Below are positions 53,364-63,741 of a stretch of DNA of 64,000 nt, in pieces. The DNA comes from an uncultured Eubacteriales bacterium. GTDB taxonomy: Bacteria; Bacillota; Clostridia; Oscillospirales; Oscillospiraceae. Where the stretch lies: assembly GCA_942492735.1 (NCBI GenBank), contig OW818648.1:2245591-2309590 (forward strand), in the 5' to 3' direction. The position numbers and the translations under genes were made by a program. Under the pieces are notes generated by a model. That model worked only from the letters and a program-made list of their open reading frames with translations. It did no database searches and was not told the origin of the DNA. Each line of letters begins with the position of its first letter. Position 1 is the first letter of the stretch.

Positions 53364-54206
53364 TTAGCAGATTTTCCGCGTATCGGTTGTTAACGCGTGC
53401 ATGGGCGTGTTGATGATCCGATTGGCCCCGCTGTATATATAGCCCGTATCATTTCTTGTATAGCCCAGGAGTGTGACATTGTACTCGTTGGCAAGCTTTA
53501 CAGCCGAGGTTGTCGGTGCTGATTTGGAAACGATAACGGGCGCACCCAGCCGAATGGCCTTTGACATAATTTCAGATGAAACCCTTCCGCTGATAAAAAT
53601 GATACCATTAACAGCGATATCCAGTTTTCCTTCTTTCAGCAAAACGCCCGTCACTTTGTCAAAACAGTTGTGTCGACCAATGTCTTCGCTGAAAACGGAA
53701 TACTCGGGCGTATACAGTAATAGGCTATGCACGCCGCCGATTTTTCTAAACACTTCCGACTGCGTCGTGAAGCTCCTCATCTTATCCATGATTTCTTCAA
53801 CCGCAAACGTGTTTTCAACATCAACTTTTTTATACTGACTATGCTTGAGCGGATTGATGTAGGTATAGCATTTTCCGCAGCCGGAGGTTATGCTCCTGAG
53901 GCTTTCCTGCCGCTTAATAGAAATACCGTCCTTTAAATGGATGATAACAGCCATTGCCCGTTCGTTATAATAGATGTCTTTTACGTCGTCATAACTGTTG
54001 ATGACGCCTTCGTTATATAAAAAACCCAACGCCAGCTCCTCGTGCTGCTGATTCAGGCATAATAAGGAGACAAGCTCTGAATCGTTGACATAGACCTTCA
54101 GAGATGTTTCTGATATAACCGACATAGTCGTATTTTCCAGTCGATAACTTTCGTTTTCATGACTGATCTTTATAACTTCAAATTCTTCAAAAATAGCGTC
54201 TTTCAT
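53364..54206 (-). CDS. fdhD: Formate dehydrogenase accessory sulfurtransferase FdhD
   Basis: GRHNCFDKV and SGRVSSEIMSKA motifs. I placed the start at the ATG at 54206. Confidence 0.8.
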   Translation of the reverse strand: MKDAIFEEFEVIKISHENESYRLENTTMSVISETSLKVYVNDSELVSLLCLNQQHEELALGFLYNEGVINSYDDVKDIYYNERAMAVIIHLKDGISIKRQESLRSITSGCGKCYTYINPLKHSQYKKVDVENTFAVEEIMDKMRSFTTQSEVFRKIGGVHSLLLYTPEYSVFSEDIGRHNCFDKVTGVLLKEGKLDIAVNGIIFISGRVSSEIMSKAIRLGAPVIVSKSAPTTSAVKLANEYNVTLLGYTRNDTGYIYSGANRIINTPMHALTTDTRKIC

Positions 54207-54409
54207 AATCACCAGGTCCAATTTGCGAAGCGATATCGCAATATATGAATTTATTCTTTCCGGGATTCTTTTTCCCGTGCCTGCTTTTAACGACAGGCGT
54301 AAATATGTCTCTTGAAGCAGTGTAGAGGCGCGTTGACGACTCAATTATTTCATTGATGTTATCTCTGCGCCTCTATTTAACTTACAATGAGGTGTCTTGC
54401 GGGATCAGG

Positions 54410-57103
54410 TTACAGCTTGGCAATATTTACAGCACAAGCCTTATATTCAGGTGTCATCGTGACACGGTCATAAGCCGGATTGGTCAGCCAGTTGGCGTTT
54501 CCTTCGCGGTAATGGAACGTCATCCACACGAGACCCGGCTGTATGCGCTTGGAGACATGCGCTGTTACTTCTACCGAGCCGCGCCGCGACCAGACTCTGA
54601 TCTTCTCTCCGTGCTTTATACCAAGGCGCTTTGCATCGACATCGGAGATGTCGGCGTACTCTTCGGGCAGAAGCTCGTTGAGTCCCTTTGAGCGTCCAGT
54701 CTGCGTCCGTGTGTGATAGTGGTACAGACGGCGGCCGGTGCTTAAGACGAACGGATATTCCGCGTCAGCTACTTCCGCAGGTGGCGTCCACTCAAGCGGC
54801 ATCAGGAAACCCTTGCCTCTTGTAAAGTTGCCATCCTTATGCAGTATTTGTGTACCGGGATGATCCTCGCTCGGGCAGGGCCATTGAATTCCTTCTCCGG
54901 CATCGAGCCTGTAGTATTTGACACCGGCAAAGGAGGGACAGAGCACAGCTAACTCATTATCCCAGATTTCCTGAGCACTGTTGGATTCCCATTCATGGCC
55001 AAAGCGCTTTGCGATCTCCTTGAAAATCCACCAGTCAGGCTTCGCCTCTCCGGGCGCGTTCTTAATCTTCCTGACGCGGCTGATTCTTCTTTCAGCATTC
55101 GTATATGTTCCCTCGTCCTCGCACCAGGAGGCTGCCGGAAGTACAACATCTGCAAAGCGTGTTGTTTCCGTCTGGAAAATATCGGTGCAGACAAGAAATT
55201 CTGCAGCTTCCATGCATTTTTCCACATGAGCGATGTCAGGCTCCGCCTGAACAAGGTTCTCTCCGAACATGAAGAAACCTCTTATTTTTTTGTCGAGCAG
55301 GCCTTCGATCATCTCGGCGATCATCAGGCCGTTGGTAGCCGGGACGCTTTTTACACCCCATGCTTTTGAGAATTTGGCGTTGACGGCTGGATCGGCAAAA
55401 TTCTGATATCCGGGGAGAACGTTGGGTAGCGCGCCCATATCGCAGGCACCCTGAACATTGTTCTGGCCGCGGAGCGGGTTAACGCCGGCGTTTTCCTTAC
55501 CGATATTGCCGAGCAGCATCTGGATGTTGGCGACCGCCATAACGTTGTCTGTGCCGCAGGTGTGCTCGGTGATGCCAAGCGTGTAGAGCAGCATAGCGGG
55601 CTTGATGGTGCCGAGCATGCGTGCAATCTCGATGATCGTCTCTTTCGGCACGTTGCTGATTTCCTCGCCTCTTTCGGGCGGGTATTTCAACACGGTGGCT
55701 TTGAGTTCTTCGAAATTCTCGCAGTGATCGCGTACAAACTCTTTATCGTAGAGGTCTTCGGTGATCAGGACATTCATGATGGCGTTGAGGAACGCGACGT
55801 CTGAACCGACCTTGATTTGAGCGAAGACATCCGCGTAATCGGCAAGCCTGTGCCGTCTCGGGTCAACCACGATCATCTTCGCGCCGTTTCTGACACCGTT
55901 TTTGACAAACGTGGCAGCGACAGGATGTGCTTCCGTCATATTGGTGCCGATGCAGAACAGCAGCTTTGTGTTGGCAAACTCTTGAATGGAGTTTGTCATG
56001 CCGCCCGTACCGAAGGACTTAATTAGGCCGGCAACAGTCGGCGCGTGACAGACGCGCGCGCAGTGGTCGATGTTGGGTGACTGGAAGACAGCGCGTACCA
56101 GCTTCTGCATTTGATAGGAATTTTCATTTGTGCTCCTGGCGCAGCTGACACCCGCGATAGCCTCTGGGCCATGCTTAGCGATAATGTCTTTGAATTTGGA
56201 AGCAACCAGATCAAGCGCTTCATCCCAGGATGCTTCACGGAAGCCGTCTTTTTCCTTGATCAGCGGCGTTTTAATTCTTTCATCCGAGTAAATAAAGTCG
56301 TAGCCGAAGCGGCCCTTGACGCACAGACGTCCGTCATTCGGGAGCGCTTTCTCAACACCGGTGACTTTGACGATATCCTCGCCCTTCATATGTAGGTTTA
56401 GCTGGCAGCCGACACCGCAGTATGGGCAGGTCGTCCGGACTTTCTTCGTCTCCCAGGTTCTTGCTTTACCGACTGATTTTTTCTCGATCAATGCACCGAC
56501 AGGGCATCTCTGGACGCACTCGCCGCACTGCACGCAGGAGGATTCTCCCATGGGCTTGTCATTATCACATGTGATGACGGTTTCGCTGCCTCTTTGACCG
56601 AGGCCCAAAACACCATTATCGACGATTTGGTTACAGGCGACCACACAGCGCTTGCACAGAATGCATTTCCGGTTGTCTCGGATGATCATCTGGCTGCTGG
56701 CGTCAATGACCGGCTTATTGACACTGTCAATAATGAATTTTGGTGTTTCAATACCAAGCTCATATGCCGCGCTCTGCAGCTGACAGTCGCCGTTTGCTTC
56801 ACAGGACAGACAGTTGTGCTCTCCATTGGAAAGCATGAGATTGACGATGGTGCGACGCGCGCTTAAAACCTTCGCGTTATTCGTACTGACAACCATGTCG
56901 TTTGCAGCTTTTAACGCGCAGGATGGCTGAAGATTCCGCATTCCTTCCACTTCGACGACGCATATTCTGCAGGAGAAGTTCTCGTGGACACCCTCCATAT
57001 AGCAAAGGGTCGGAATATGTATGCCATTCGCTTCGGCGATCTGCAGAACGGTTTGCCCCGCTTCACCTTGAACTTTTTTATTGTCTATAGTTAAGTTGAT
57101 CAT
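54410..57103 (-). CDS. fdhA: Formate dehydrogenase catalytic subunit (Mo/W-bisPGD, Cys-type) with N-terminal 2Fe-2S plus 4Fe-4S ferredoxin domains (NuoG-like)
   Basis: The N-terminal CRICVVEV…C 2Fe-2S domain, multiple CxxCxxC clusters, and an active-site region DHCARVCHAPTV with Cys in place of selenocysteine. There is no in-frame TGA. Confidence 0.85.
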   Translation of the reverse strand: MINLTIDNKKVQGEAGQTVLQIAEANGIHIPTLCYMEGVHENFSCRICVVEVEGMRNLQPSCALKAANDMVVSTNNAKVLSARRTIVNLMLSNGEHNCLSCEANGDCQLQSAAYELGIETPKFIIDSVNKPVIDASSQMIIRDNRKCILCKRCVVACNQIVDNGVLGLGQRGSETVITCDNDKPMGESSCVQCGECVQRCPVGALIEKKSVGKARTWETKKVRTTCPYCGVGCQLNLHMKGEDIVKVTGVEKALPNDGRLCVKGRFGYDFIYSDERIKTPLIKEKDGFREASWDEALDLVASKFKDIIAKHGPEAIAGVSCARSTNENSYQMQKLVRAVFQSPNIDHCARVCHAPTVAGLIKSFGTGGMTNSIQEFANTKLLFCIGTNMTEAHPVAATFVKNGVRNGAKMIVVDPRRHRLADYADVFAQIKVGSDVAFLNAIMNVLITEDLYDKEFVRDHCENFEELKATVLKYPPERGEEISNVPKETIIEIARMLGTIKPAMLLYTLGITEHTCGTDNVMAVANIQMLLGNIGKENAGVNPLRGQNNVQGACDMGALPNVLPGYQNFADPAVNAKFSKAWGVKSVPATNGLMIAEMIEGLLDKKIRGFFMFGENLVQAEPDIAHVEKCMEAAEFLVCTDIFQTETTRFADVVLPAASWCEDEGTYTNAERRISRVRKIKNAPGEAKPDWWIFKEIAKRFGHEWESNSAQEIWDNELAVLCPSFAGVKYYRLDAGEGIQWPCPSEDHPGTQILHKDGNFTRGKGFLMPLEWTPPAEVADAEYPFVLSTGRRLYHYHTRTQTGRSKGLNELLPEEYADISDVDAKRLGIKHGEKIRVWSRRGSVEVTAHVSKRIQPGLVWMTFHYREGNANWLTNPAYDRVTMTPEYKACAVNIAKL

Positions 57104-57145
57104 TACTAAACCCCCAACGTACACTTTAATAGTGAATCTGTTTGC

Positions 57146-59005
57146 TTACTGGGATATCGCTTTAAATGGACATTTTTTGAAGCATACGCCGCATTTGATA
57201 CATTTTACTTCATCAATGACATACGGCACATCCTTGCTGCCGCTGATCGCCGCAACTGGACAATTTTTAGCGCAAATGCCGCATTTTTTACAGGCTTCCG
57301 GATCGATCGTGTAACATGTCAGCGCTTTGCATTTTCCAGTAGGACATCTCTTGTCGATGATGTGCATCTCATACTCGTGCCTGAAATACCGAAGTGTACT
57401 CAGTATCGGGTTCGGCGCAGTTTGACCGAGGCCGCACAGCGCTGAAGCCGTAACATCGCGGGCGAGCGTTTCCAGCTCGTCGATATCTTCCATTGTGCCT
57501 TTACCGGTTGTTATGTTTTCCAGAATGGCAAGCATTCTCTTTGTACCAAGGCGGCAGGGTGTGCATTTACCGCAGGATTCGTCCTGCACAAAATCCATGA
57601 AGAATTTTGCGACATCCACCATACACTTGTTTTCATCCATAATGATGAGACCGCCAGAACCCATAATCGCGCCCAGCTTTGTCAGCGTGTCGTAGTCAAC
57701 CGGTGTGTCAAGGTTCTCCTTGGTGATGCATCCGCCGGAAGGACCGCCGATCTGAGCTGCCTTGAACTCTTTACCGTCGCGCAGACCGCCGCCGATTTTA
57801 TAAACAATATCACTCAGCTTCGTGCCGATCGGCACTTCGACGAGGCCTGTGTTGTTGATATCGCCGGCGAGGGCGAAAACCTTCGTCCCCTTGCTCTTCT
57901 CTGTTCCGAAGCTGGCGTACCATTCGCTGCCATTGAGGATAATTGGCGCGATATTAGCTAACGTTTCGACGTTGTTTATTATGGTAGGCTTCTGGAATAA
58001 ACCTTTTTGGAAGGGGAAGGGAGGCTTTTGCTTCGGCTCGCCTCTGTTACCCTCGATGGAAGCCATCAACGCCGTCTCTTCACCGCAGACAAAAGCGCCG
58101 GCACCGATTCGGACTTCGATATCAAAGTCGAAGCTGCTGGAGAGAATGCTCTTGCCCAGCAAACCAGCATCACGCGCCTGGTCGAGCGCCACATTGAATC
58201 GTTCAATCGCAAGAGGATATTCAGCTCTTATGTAAGCAAAGCCCTTTTGCGCGCCAATGGCGTAGGCACCGATCATAAGGCCTTCGATAATGGCATGGGG
58301 GTCGCCTTCAATCAGGCTTCTGTCCATAAATGCGCCTGGGTCGCCCTCGTCGGCGTTGCAGACGATGTATTTTACAGCGCTGTCGGCCTGGTAACCGGCT
58401 TTCCATTTGACACCTGTGGGGAAACCGGCGCCGCCTCTGCCTCTCAAACCGGAATTGGTGACTTCTTCAATCACGCTCTCCCGGGACATCTCTTTTAAAG
58501 CTTTGGCAGCGGCCTTGTAGCCATCGTTCGCGATGTATTCTTTAATGGAGGCGTAGTCAATGCTCCCGCAGTTGCGCAGCGCGATTTTGATCTGATGCTT
58601 AAAGTACTCAATGTCCTTCAGATGGGAAACGCGCTTTCTCTGAACGACATCATAGTACGTGTTGTCTTCCTTAATTTTACCGCCTACCAGATGGCTTTCC
58701 ACAATAGCAGGGATATCCGCCGGGGTGAGCTTTGTATAGAAGACCTCTTCGGGCATAACGGCCATGACGGGGCCCAGATTACATGTGCCGATGCAGCCGG
58801 TTTCAGAAACCAGGACCTTGTCCTCTAAACCGTTTTCCTTTATGGACGTCAAGAGGGCATCCTTCACGGCGTGACAATTGGCTGAAATGCAGCCGCCGCC
58901 GGAGCAGACAAGGACTCTGAATTTGTAATTTCCCAATTCGTTTTTAAACTGCTTTTTTATTTGTTCAAGATCATCGGCTGTTTTGATCAGTAATGTCTCA
59001 CTCAT
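57146..59005 (-). CDS. NuoF-like NAD(P)H-binding flavoprotein subunit (FMN, 4Fe-4S) with extra ferredoxin domains
   Basis: SGLRGRGGAGFPTGVKW NADH/FMN motif and C-terminal CxxCxxCxxxCP pairs. Confidence 0.85.
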   Translation of the reverse strand: MSETLLIKTADDLEQIKKQFKNELGNYKFRVLVCSGGGCISANCHAVKDALLTSIKENGLEDKVLVSETGCIGTCNLGPVMAVMPEEVFYTKLTPADIPAIVESHLVGGKIKEDNTYYDVVQRKRVSHLKDIEYFKHQIKIALRNCGSIDYASIKEYIANDGYKAAAKALKEMSRESVIEEVTNSGLRGRGGAGFPTGVKWKAGYQADSAVKYIVCNADEGDPGAFMDRSLIEGDPHAIIEGLMIGAYAIGAQKGFAYIRAEYPLAIERFNVALDQARDAGLLGKSILSSSFDFDIEVRIGAGAFVCGEETALMASIEGNRGEPKQKPPFPFQKGLFQKPTIINNVETLANIAPIILNGSEWYASFGTEKSKGTKVFALAGDINNTGLVEVPIGTKLSDIVYKIGGGLRDGKEFKAAQIGGPSGGCITKENLDTPVDYDTLTKLGAIMGSGGLIIMDENKCMVDVAKFFMDFVQDESCGKCTPCRLGTKRMLAILENITTGKGTMEDIDELETLARDVTASALCGLGQTAPNPILSTLRYFRHEYEMHIIDKRCPTGKCKALTCYTIDPEACKKCGICAKNCPVAAISGSKDVPYVIDEVKCIKCGVCFKKCPFKAISQ

Positions 59006-59009
59006 GCTC

Positions 59010-59525
59010 TCATACCTCTTTGTTATTCAGGATCTGGTTGATTTTGCTGGCATCGACCTGCTGATAAACAACATCATCAATCGTCATAACAGGAGCCAGT
59101 CCGCAGGCACCGATACACCGCGTGATTTCCAGTGTATATTTACCGTCTTCGGTTGTTTCCCCGACGCCGATATGCAGTTCCCGTGTCAGTGCGTCAACGA
59201 TATCCTTGGCGCCCAGGACAAAGCAAGCCGTCCCCATGCAGACTTTGATTGTATGCTCGCCTTTGGGTTCGGTGCTGAAGTGCGCGTAGAATGTCACAAC
59301 GCCATGTACTTTGGAAACCGGTATGTTCATGCATTCGGCGATATATTCCTGCAGCTCCGGAGAAATGCAGCCGAATATCCCCTGCGCCATATGAAGTATC
59401 TGAATCAGACTTCCTTCAGTGTTTTTGTAGCTCTCAATGACCTGATTCAGCCTTCCGTATCTTTGCTCATCTGTTTCCTTACCGCACATACATGAGCATT
59501 TTTGCCCGTCTAACTTTGCGTTCAT
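59010..59525 (-). CDS. NuoE-like thioredoxin-fold [2Fe-2S] ferredoxin subunit
   Basis: CMGTAC…CIGACGLAP motif pair. Confidence 0.8.
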   Translation of the reverse strand: MNAKLDGQKCSCMCGKETDEQRYGRLNQVIESYKNTEGSLIQILHMAQGIFGCISPELQEYIAECMNIPVSKVHGVVTFYAHFSTEPKGEHTIKVCMGTACFVLGAKDIVDALTRELHIGVGETTEDGKYTLEITRCIGACGLAPVMTIDDVVYQQVDASKINQILNNKEV

Positions 59526-59785
59526 ATACTCATCACCTTTAAAAAACTAATTATGTCGTTCTATTTCTAATTTTCGCTAAACATATGCTGTCAATCATAC
59601 CTTGATATTATATAAAAAGATATGGTTTATTTTAATGTCTTTTTGTAAAAATCACTTAATAAAATCTTGTAAAATGAGGGAAATTCTACAAAAATGTAAT
59701 AATATGACACAAAAATCTTATTGTAAATGCAGCGTTTTGATAGATATTTTTCCTGGAGTTGGTGGTGAATCGGCAGGGCTTCAGA

Positions 59786-59813
59786 TTGACAATAAAGCAA
59801 TAAGTGGTATAAT
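59786..59813 (+). promoter_or_regulatory. Sigma-A-type promoter for focA (TTGACA-N16-TGgTATAAT)
   Basis: Canonical -35 and extended -10 hexamers about 130 nt upstream of the focA start. Confidence 0.45.
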
Positions 59814-59941
59814 TACCATTAATTAAAGTGATTGTCAGCACCTTGTAATATGTGATAAATTAATTATGTTTTTCCGTTTGAGTGTCTGAAAATGCATTTT
59901 CTATACTATGGGCTATTATTAAGGGGCTAAGGAGGAAATAC

Positions 59942-60787
59942 ATGTATTCACCGAAAGAGGTCGCGCAAAATTATATTGCCATAGGTGCAGCGAAGACCAA
60001 AATGTCGATCAGTAAAATGCTTGTACTCGGTATATTAGCGGGTATGTTTATAGGGCTGGCCGGCATTGCGTCGACATTTGCCTCTGCCACTCTGACCGGC
60101 TCTGTTGCCAGATTGTTAGGAGCCAGTGTGTTCACAGGCGGACTGGCTATGGTGATTGTCGCAGGTAGCGAGCTTTTCACAGGAAATTGTCTGATCATCA
60201 TTCCCGTTCTTGAAAAACAGGCGACAGTCGGCGGTATGCTGAAAAACTGGGTTGTCGTTTATATCGGAAACTTTATTGGCTCCCTAATCATAGCGGCGCT
60301 GATTGTTTACGGCGGCAGCTTATCGAATTTTGGAAACGCTGTCGGAGCCGCAGCAATCAATGTCGCTGTCGGCAGGGTCTCGCTGCCTTTCGAAGATGCG
60401 CTATACCGAGGCATACTTTGTAACTTCCTCGTATGTATTGCCGTTTGGATGGCTTTTGGCGCCAAGGATGTTATCGGAAAGATAGCAGGCGTCTTCTTCC
60501 CGATCATGTTCTTTGTCCTCTGCAATTTAAACCACAGCGTCGCGGATATGGGCCTCATCATGACAGGCCTCTTCGGCGCGAACAATACAACATATATTGC
60601 GGCCTTCGCCGAGAAGTTTCCAGCTGCAGATATCAGCGTGCTGACCTGGGGCAGCATGTTCGCGAAGAATCTGCTTCCTGTAACGTTGGGCAATATCATC
60701 GGTGGTATGGTCATCGTCGGCATCGGCTACTGGTTCATTTTTCTCCGAGCGGACAAGAAGAAGGTAATCTTAACGGACAAGAAATAA
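59942..60787 (+). CDS. focA: Formate/nitrite transporter family channel
   Basis: FNT fold with six transmembrane helices. The start at 59942 has an AGGAGG ribosome-binding site. Confidence 0.8.
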   Translation: MYSPKEVAQNYIAIGAAKTKMSISKMLVLGILAGMFIGLAGIASTFASATLTGSVARLLGASVFTGGLAMVIVAGSELFTGNCLIIIPVLEKQATVGGMLKNWVVVYIGNFIGSLIIAALIVYGGSLSNFGNAVGAAAINVAVGRVSLPFEDALYRGILCNFLVCIAVWMAFGAKDVIGKIAGVFFPIMFFVLCNLNHSVADMGLIMTGLFGANNTTYIAAFAEKFPAADISVLTWGSMFAKNLLPVTLGNIIGGMVIVGIGYWFIFLRADKKKVILTDKK

Positions 60788-60825
60788 GTCCTCGTAGCTA
60801 TCAGACTGCAAGACGATTGAGTTCT

Positions 60826-60867
60826 AAAAAACATCATACTGCCGAACAGGCAGATATGATGTTTTTT
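60826..60867. terminator. Bidirectional terminator between focA and crcB
   Basis: aaaaa-acatcatactgcc…ggcagatatgatgt-tttttt. Confidence 0.6.
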
Positions 60868-60903
60868 GGCGTTATTTTGCAATGCTTCAGCCTTGAGAGG
60901 CTC

Positions 60904-61266
60904 TCAAAAGAGAATGTTTGCAATGACTTGCCCCAACGCATAAAAAGCAATACCAAACAGTACCGTGCCGACAATGTATACTGCAGCATTGAGGTATTTT
61001 TTATCATGAAAAATACTAAAGCCTTCATACATGAAGGTTGAAAATGTTGTGTATGCGCCCAAGAAACCGTCCGCAACTAAAATTGAAAGGTTACTTCCCA
61101 GATTGATACTACTGACAAAACCCAGCAGAAGAGCACCCGATATGTTGATGATCACGGTGCCTAAGGGGAATATGCGTTTTGTCTTTTCGGCTATTTTTTT
61201 GCCTAAGATATAGCGCGCGAGGCTGCCGCAGGCGCCGCCTAAACCGACAAATAGATATGCAGTCAA
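60904..61266 (-). CDS. crcB: Fluoride ion channel CrcB/Fluc
   Basis: GxxGxLxRY and GFxGAYTTFSTF motifs. Confidence 0.8.
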   Translation of the reverse strand: MTAYLFVGLGGACGSLARYILGKKIAEKTKRIFPLGTVIINISGALLLGFVSSINLGSNLSILVADGFLGAYTTFSTFMYEGFSIFHDKKYLNAAVYIVGTVLFGIAFYALGQVIANILF

Positions 61267-61270
61267 TTCT

Positions 61271-61705
61271 TCATCGCTCCTGATTCATACTGATAAGATA
61301 TTTTTGCTTTATTTTTCGGATCAGCTTAATAACAAAAGCCTTGGCTAAAAAAGCGCCAGCCCAGGATATCAGGAAACCCAGTAACAATGATAACAAAATA
61401 TATATAACAGAATTTAGGTAAAAGCCATGCGTCAGCAGATTTATTGTTTCCTTGCAGAAGGTCGAAAATGTCGTAAAGGCACTCAGAAAACCGGCAGTCA
61501 TACCTAATCTCAAATCAGCATTAATTCTCGTTGTCTCATACGCCAAGGTAATGATCAGCGAAAAGAATAAGCAGCCTGTCACATTAATAATCAGCGTATT
61601 AATCGGGAAAGCCTCCCAAAATACAGATAAATCAATGTTTTTTATTGCGTATCTGGATAAAGCGCCGAAGAAACCGAAAATACAGATAAATAAATATTTT
61701 TTCAT
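61271..61705 (-). CDS. crcB: Fluoride ion channel CrcB/Fluc, second tandem copy
   Basis: FFGALSRYAI… and …GFLSAFTTFSTF motifs. Confidence 0.8.
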   Translation of the reverse strand: MKKYLFICIFGFFGALSRYAIKNIDLSVFWEAFPINTLIINVTGCLFFSLIITLAYETTRINADLRLGMTAGFLSAFTTFSTFCKETINLLTHGFYLNSVIYILLSLLLGFLISWAGAFLAKAFVIKLIRKIKQKYLISMNQER

Positions 61706-62001
61706 TTATACCTCTTGAACGCGACAAAAATAACGAAAAAACTCCTACAAACCGTAATAACACAACTTGGTTTATTATTCAACAACAATAAATACGAATG
61801 ACACACTGAAAAGGCAAAATATTGACATAATAAAACAATATATTGTGTAATTACACATTACAATGCTGCAATAATACAATATATAGCATGATGCGAATTT
61901 TGTATGTATTGACAATCATCGATGTGACATAAAAAATGTCATATTAGACTGTTCCGCCGACATTTTGATACGATAATTATATAAGAGTCTAGGGAGAGCT
62001 G

Positions 62002-63714
62002 GTGAATTATTTGAACCTGCCGAAAAGAAAAATGCGGCTGGGCGACATACTGAAGGCACAGGGGATTGTCTCTGACAAGCAGCTTGAAGCGACGATAGCG
62101 ATTCAACAGAAAACCAAGCAGCGGCTCGGGGATATTCTCATTGAAACAGGGATAACGACTGAAACGCAGATCACCAATGCGCTCCATTCGCAGCTCGGCA
62201 TCGATATGATCGAGCTCAGGGGCATTAAAATTCCGCCGGAGGTTATCGGGCTTGTCAGCGGCTCAATACTGCGCAAGCACAAGGTACTGCCCGTCGGATT
62301 TGATGAAAAAGATTCAAATGCATTGATTTTGGCTATGGCGGACCCCCTCGACATGGTAGCCCAGGATGATATCGCCATTATAACAAACCGCCGAATTGAA
62401 CCGCGTGTTGCGACAGTCGGTGCCATCAATTCGGTCCTTGACCGGTATTTCGGCAATGAAGAAGCGATGACCGCCGCCGAACAGTATACAAAAGAACGGG
62501 AACAGCAGCTGCAGCTCATGGAAGAGGCAGCGCTGCAGGCCGAGCTAGAGCTCAATTCCGCGCCGATTGTCCAGCTTGTCAAGACGATGATTGAGCAGGC
62601 CGTCCGCCAGAGAGCAAGTGACATCCACATTGAAGCACTCGAGAAAAAGGTGCGCATCCGGTACCGTATAGACGGGATGCTCACCGAAAAAATGATGTAT
62701 GACGCGTCTCTTCTTGCGGCCATCGTCACGCGTATCAAAATATTGGGGCGCATGGACATCTCTGAAAAAAGGAAACCGCAGGACGGGCGTATCACACTGT
62801 CCGTAGACCATGCCGAATATGACGTCCGCGTCTCCGTCCTTCCGACCTCCTACGGCGAAAAAGTCGTCATGCGTATCGCATCGGCGACCGGCCTTACAAA
62901 AGAAAAATCCGAGCTCGGCTTCAGGAATTGGGAGCTGCAGAGATTCGACCATATACTCTCCAACCCGAACGGCATGATCCTTGTCACAGGCCCGACAGGG
63001 AGCGGGAAATCAACAACACTTTACACGGCACTCAGCGAGCTGAACTGTGAGGAAGTCAATATTGTCACTGTTGAAGACCCTGTTGAAGCGAATATCCCAG
63101 GTATCAATCAGGTTCATGTCAACACGAAAGCGGATATGACCTTCGCAAATGCGCTGCGTGCCATCCTCCGCCAGGACCCTGATATCATTATGATCGGTGA
63201 GATCCGTGACTATGAGACGGCGTCTATCGCCGTGCAGGCGTCCATTACCGGACATCTCGTTGTCTCGACGCTCCATACAAACAGCTCGGCGGCAACAATC
63301 ACGCGCCTGATCGATATGGGGCTTGAATCCTTCCTGCTGGCGGATTCACTCGTCGGCGTCATCGCGCAGAGACTCGTCCGAAGGCTGTGTACAGGCTGCC
63401 GTAAGCAGCGTCCGGCCACCGATCAGGAAAAAGAGCTCCTGGGGATTGACAAGGCGCAGATGCTGATGATTTATGCGCCGGTTGGCTGCCACCTCTGCGG
63501 CGAAACAGGATATTACGGGCGTATCGGTGTCTATGAGATCATGGAGATCACGCCCTCGCTCAAGCGGATTATTGCCGCAAAGGGAACGACCGAACAGATC
63601 AAAGACCAGGCGGTAGCGGATGGTATGCATACACTGCGCATGTCCGCTTCGGAGTATGTCACGGATGGGATAACGTCCGTCTCTGAAATGGTAAAGGTCT
63701 CGTTCGAACTATAA
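62002..63714 (+). CDS. pilB: Type IV pilus / type II secretion assembly ATPase (PilB/GspE family)
   Basis: N-terminal GspE_N domain, Walker A GPTGSGKST, Asp and His boxes, and a tetracysteine motif CTGC…CHLC. Confidence 0.85.
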   Translation: MNYLNLPKRKMRLGDILKAQGIVSDKQLEATIAIQQKTKQRLGDILIETGITTETQITNALHSQLGIDMIELRGIKIPPEVIGLVSGSILRKHKVLPVGFDEKDSNALILAMADPLDMVAQDDIAIITNRRIEPRVATVGAINSVLDRYFGNEEAMTAAEQYTKEREQQLQLMEEAALQAELELNSAPIVQLVKTMIEQAVRQRASDIHIEALEKKVRIRYRIDGMLTEKMMYDASLLAAIVTRIKILGRMDISEKRKPQDGRITLSVDHAEYDVRVSVLPTSYGEKVVMRIASATGLTKEKSELGFRNWELQRFDHILSNPNGMILVTGPTGSGKSTTLYTALSELNCEEVNIVTVEDPVEANIPGINQVHVNTKADMTFANALRAILRQDPDIIMIGEIRDYETASIAVQASITGHLVVSTLHTNSSAATITRLIDMGLESFLLADSLVGVIAQRLVRRLCTGCRKQRPATDQEKELLGIDKAQMLMIYAPVGCHLCGETGYYGRIGVYEIMEITPSLKRIIAAKGTTEQIKDQAVADGMHTLRMSASEYVTDGITSVSEMVKVSFEL

Positions 63715-63741
63715 CACTCTGTGGGTTGAAAGCTGGTATTT

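Noticed and set aside
54410-57103. Possible selenocysteine (TGA-recoded) formate dehydrogenase
   Set aside because: The ORF is uninterrupted and the active-site motif reads RVCH, with Cys at the selenocysteine position. No recoding is needed.
61706-61990. Expected fluoride (crcB-motif) riboswitch upstream of the tandem crcB genes
   Set aside because: By eye, the conserved GGnGAUGG / AACCGCC / CUCCUAC blocks do not occur in the correct order on the minus strand. Only a lone CTCCTAC heptamer occurs, and it is on the wrong strand. This needs cmsearch to be definitive.
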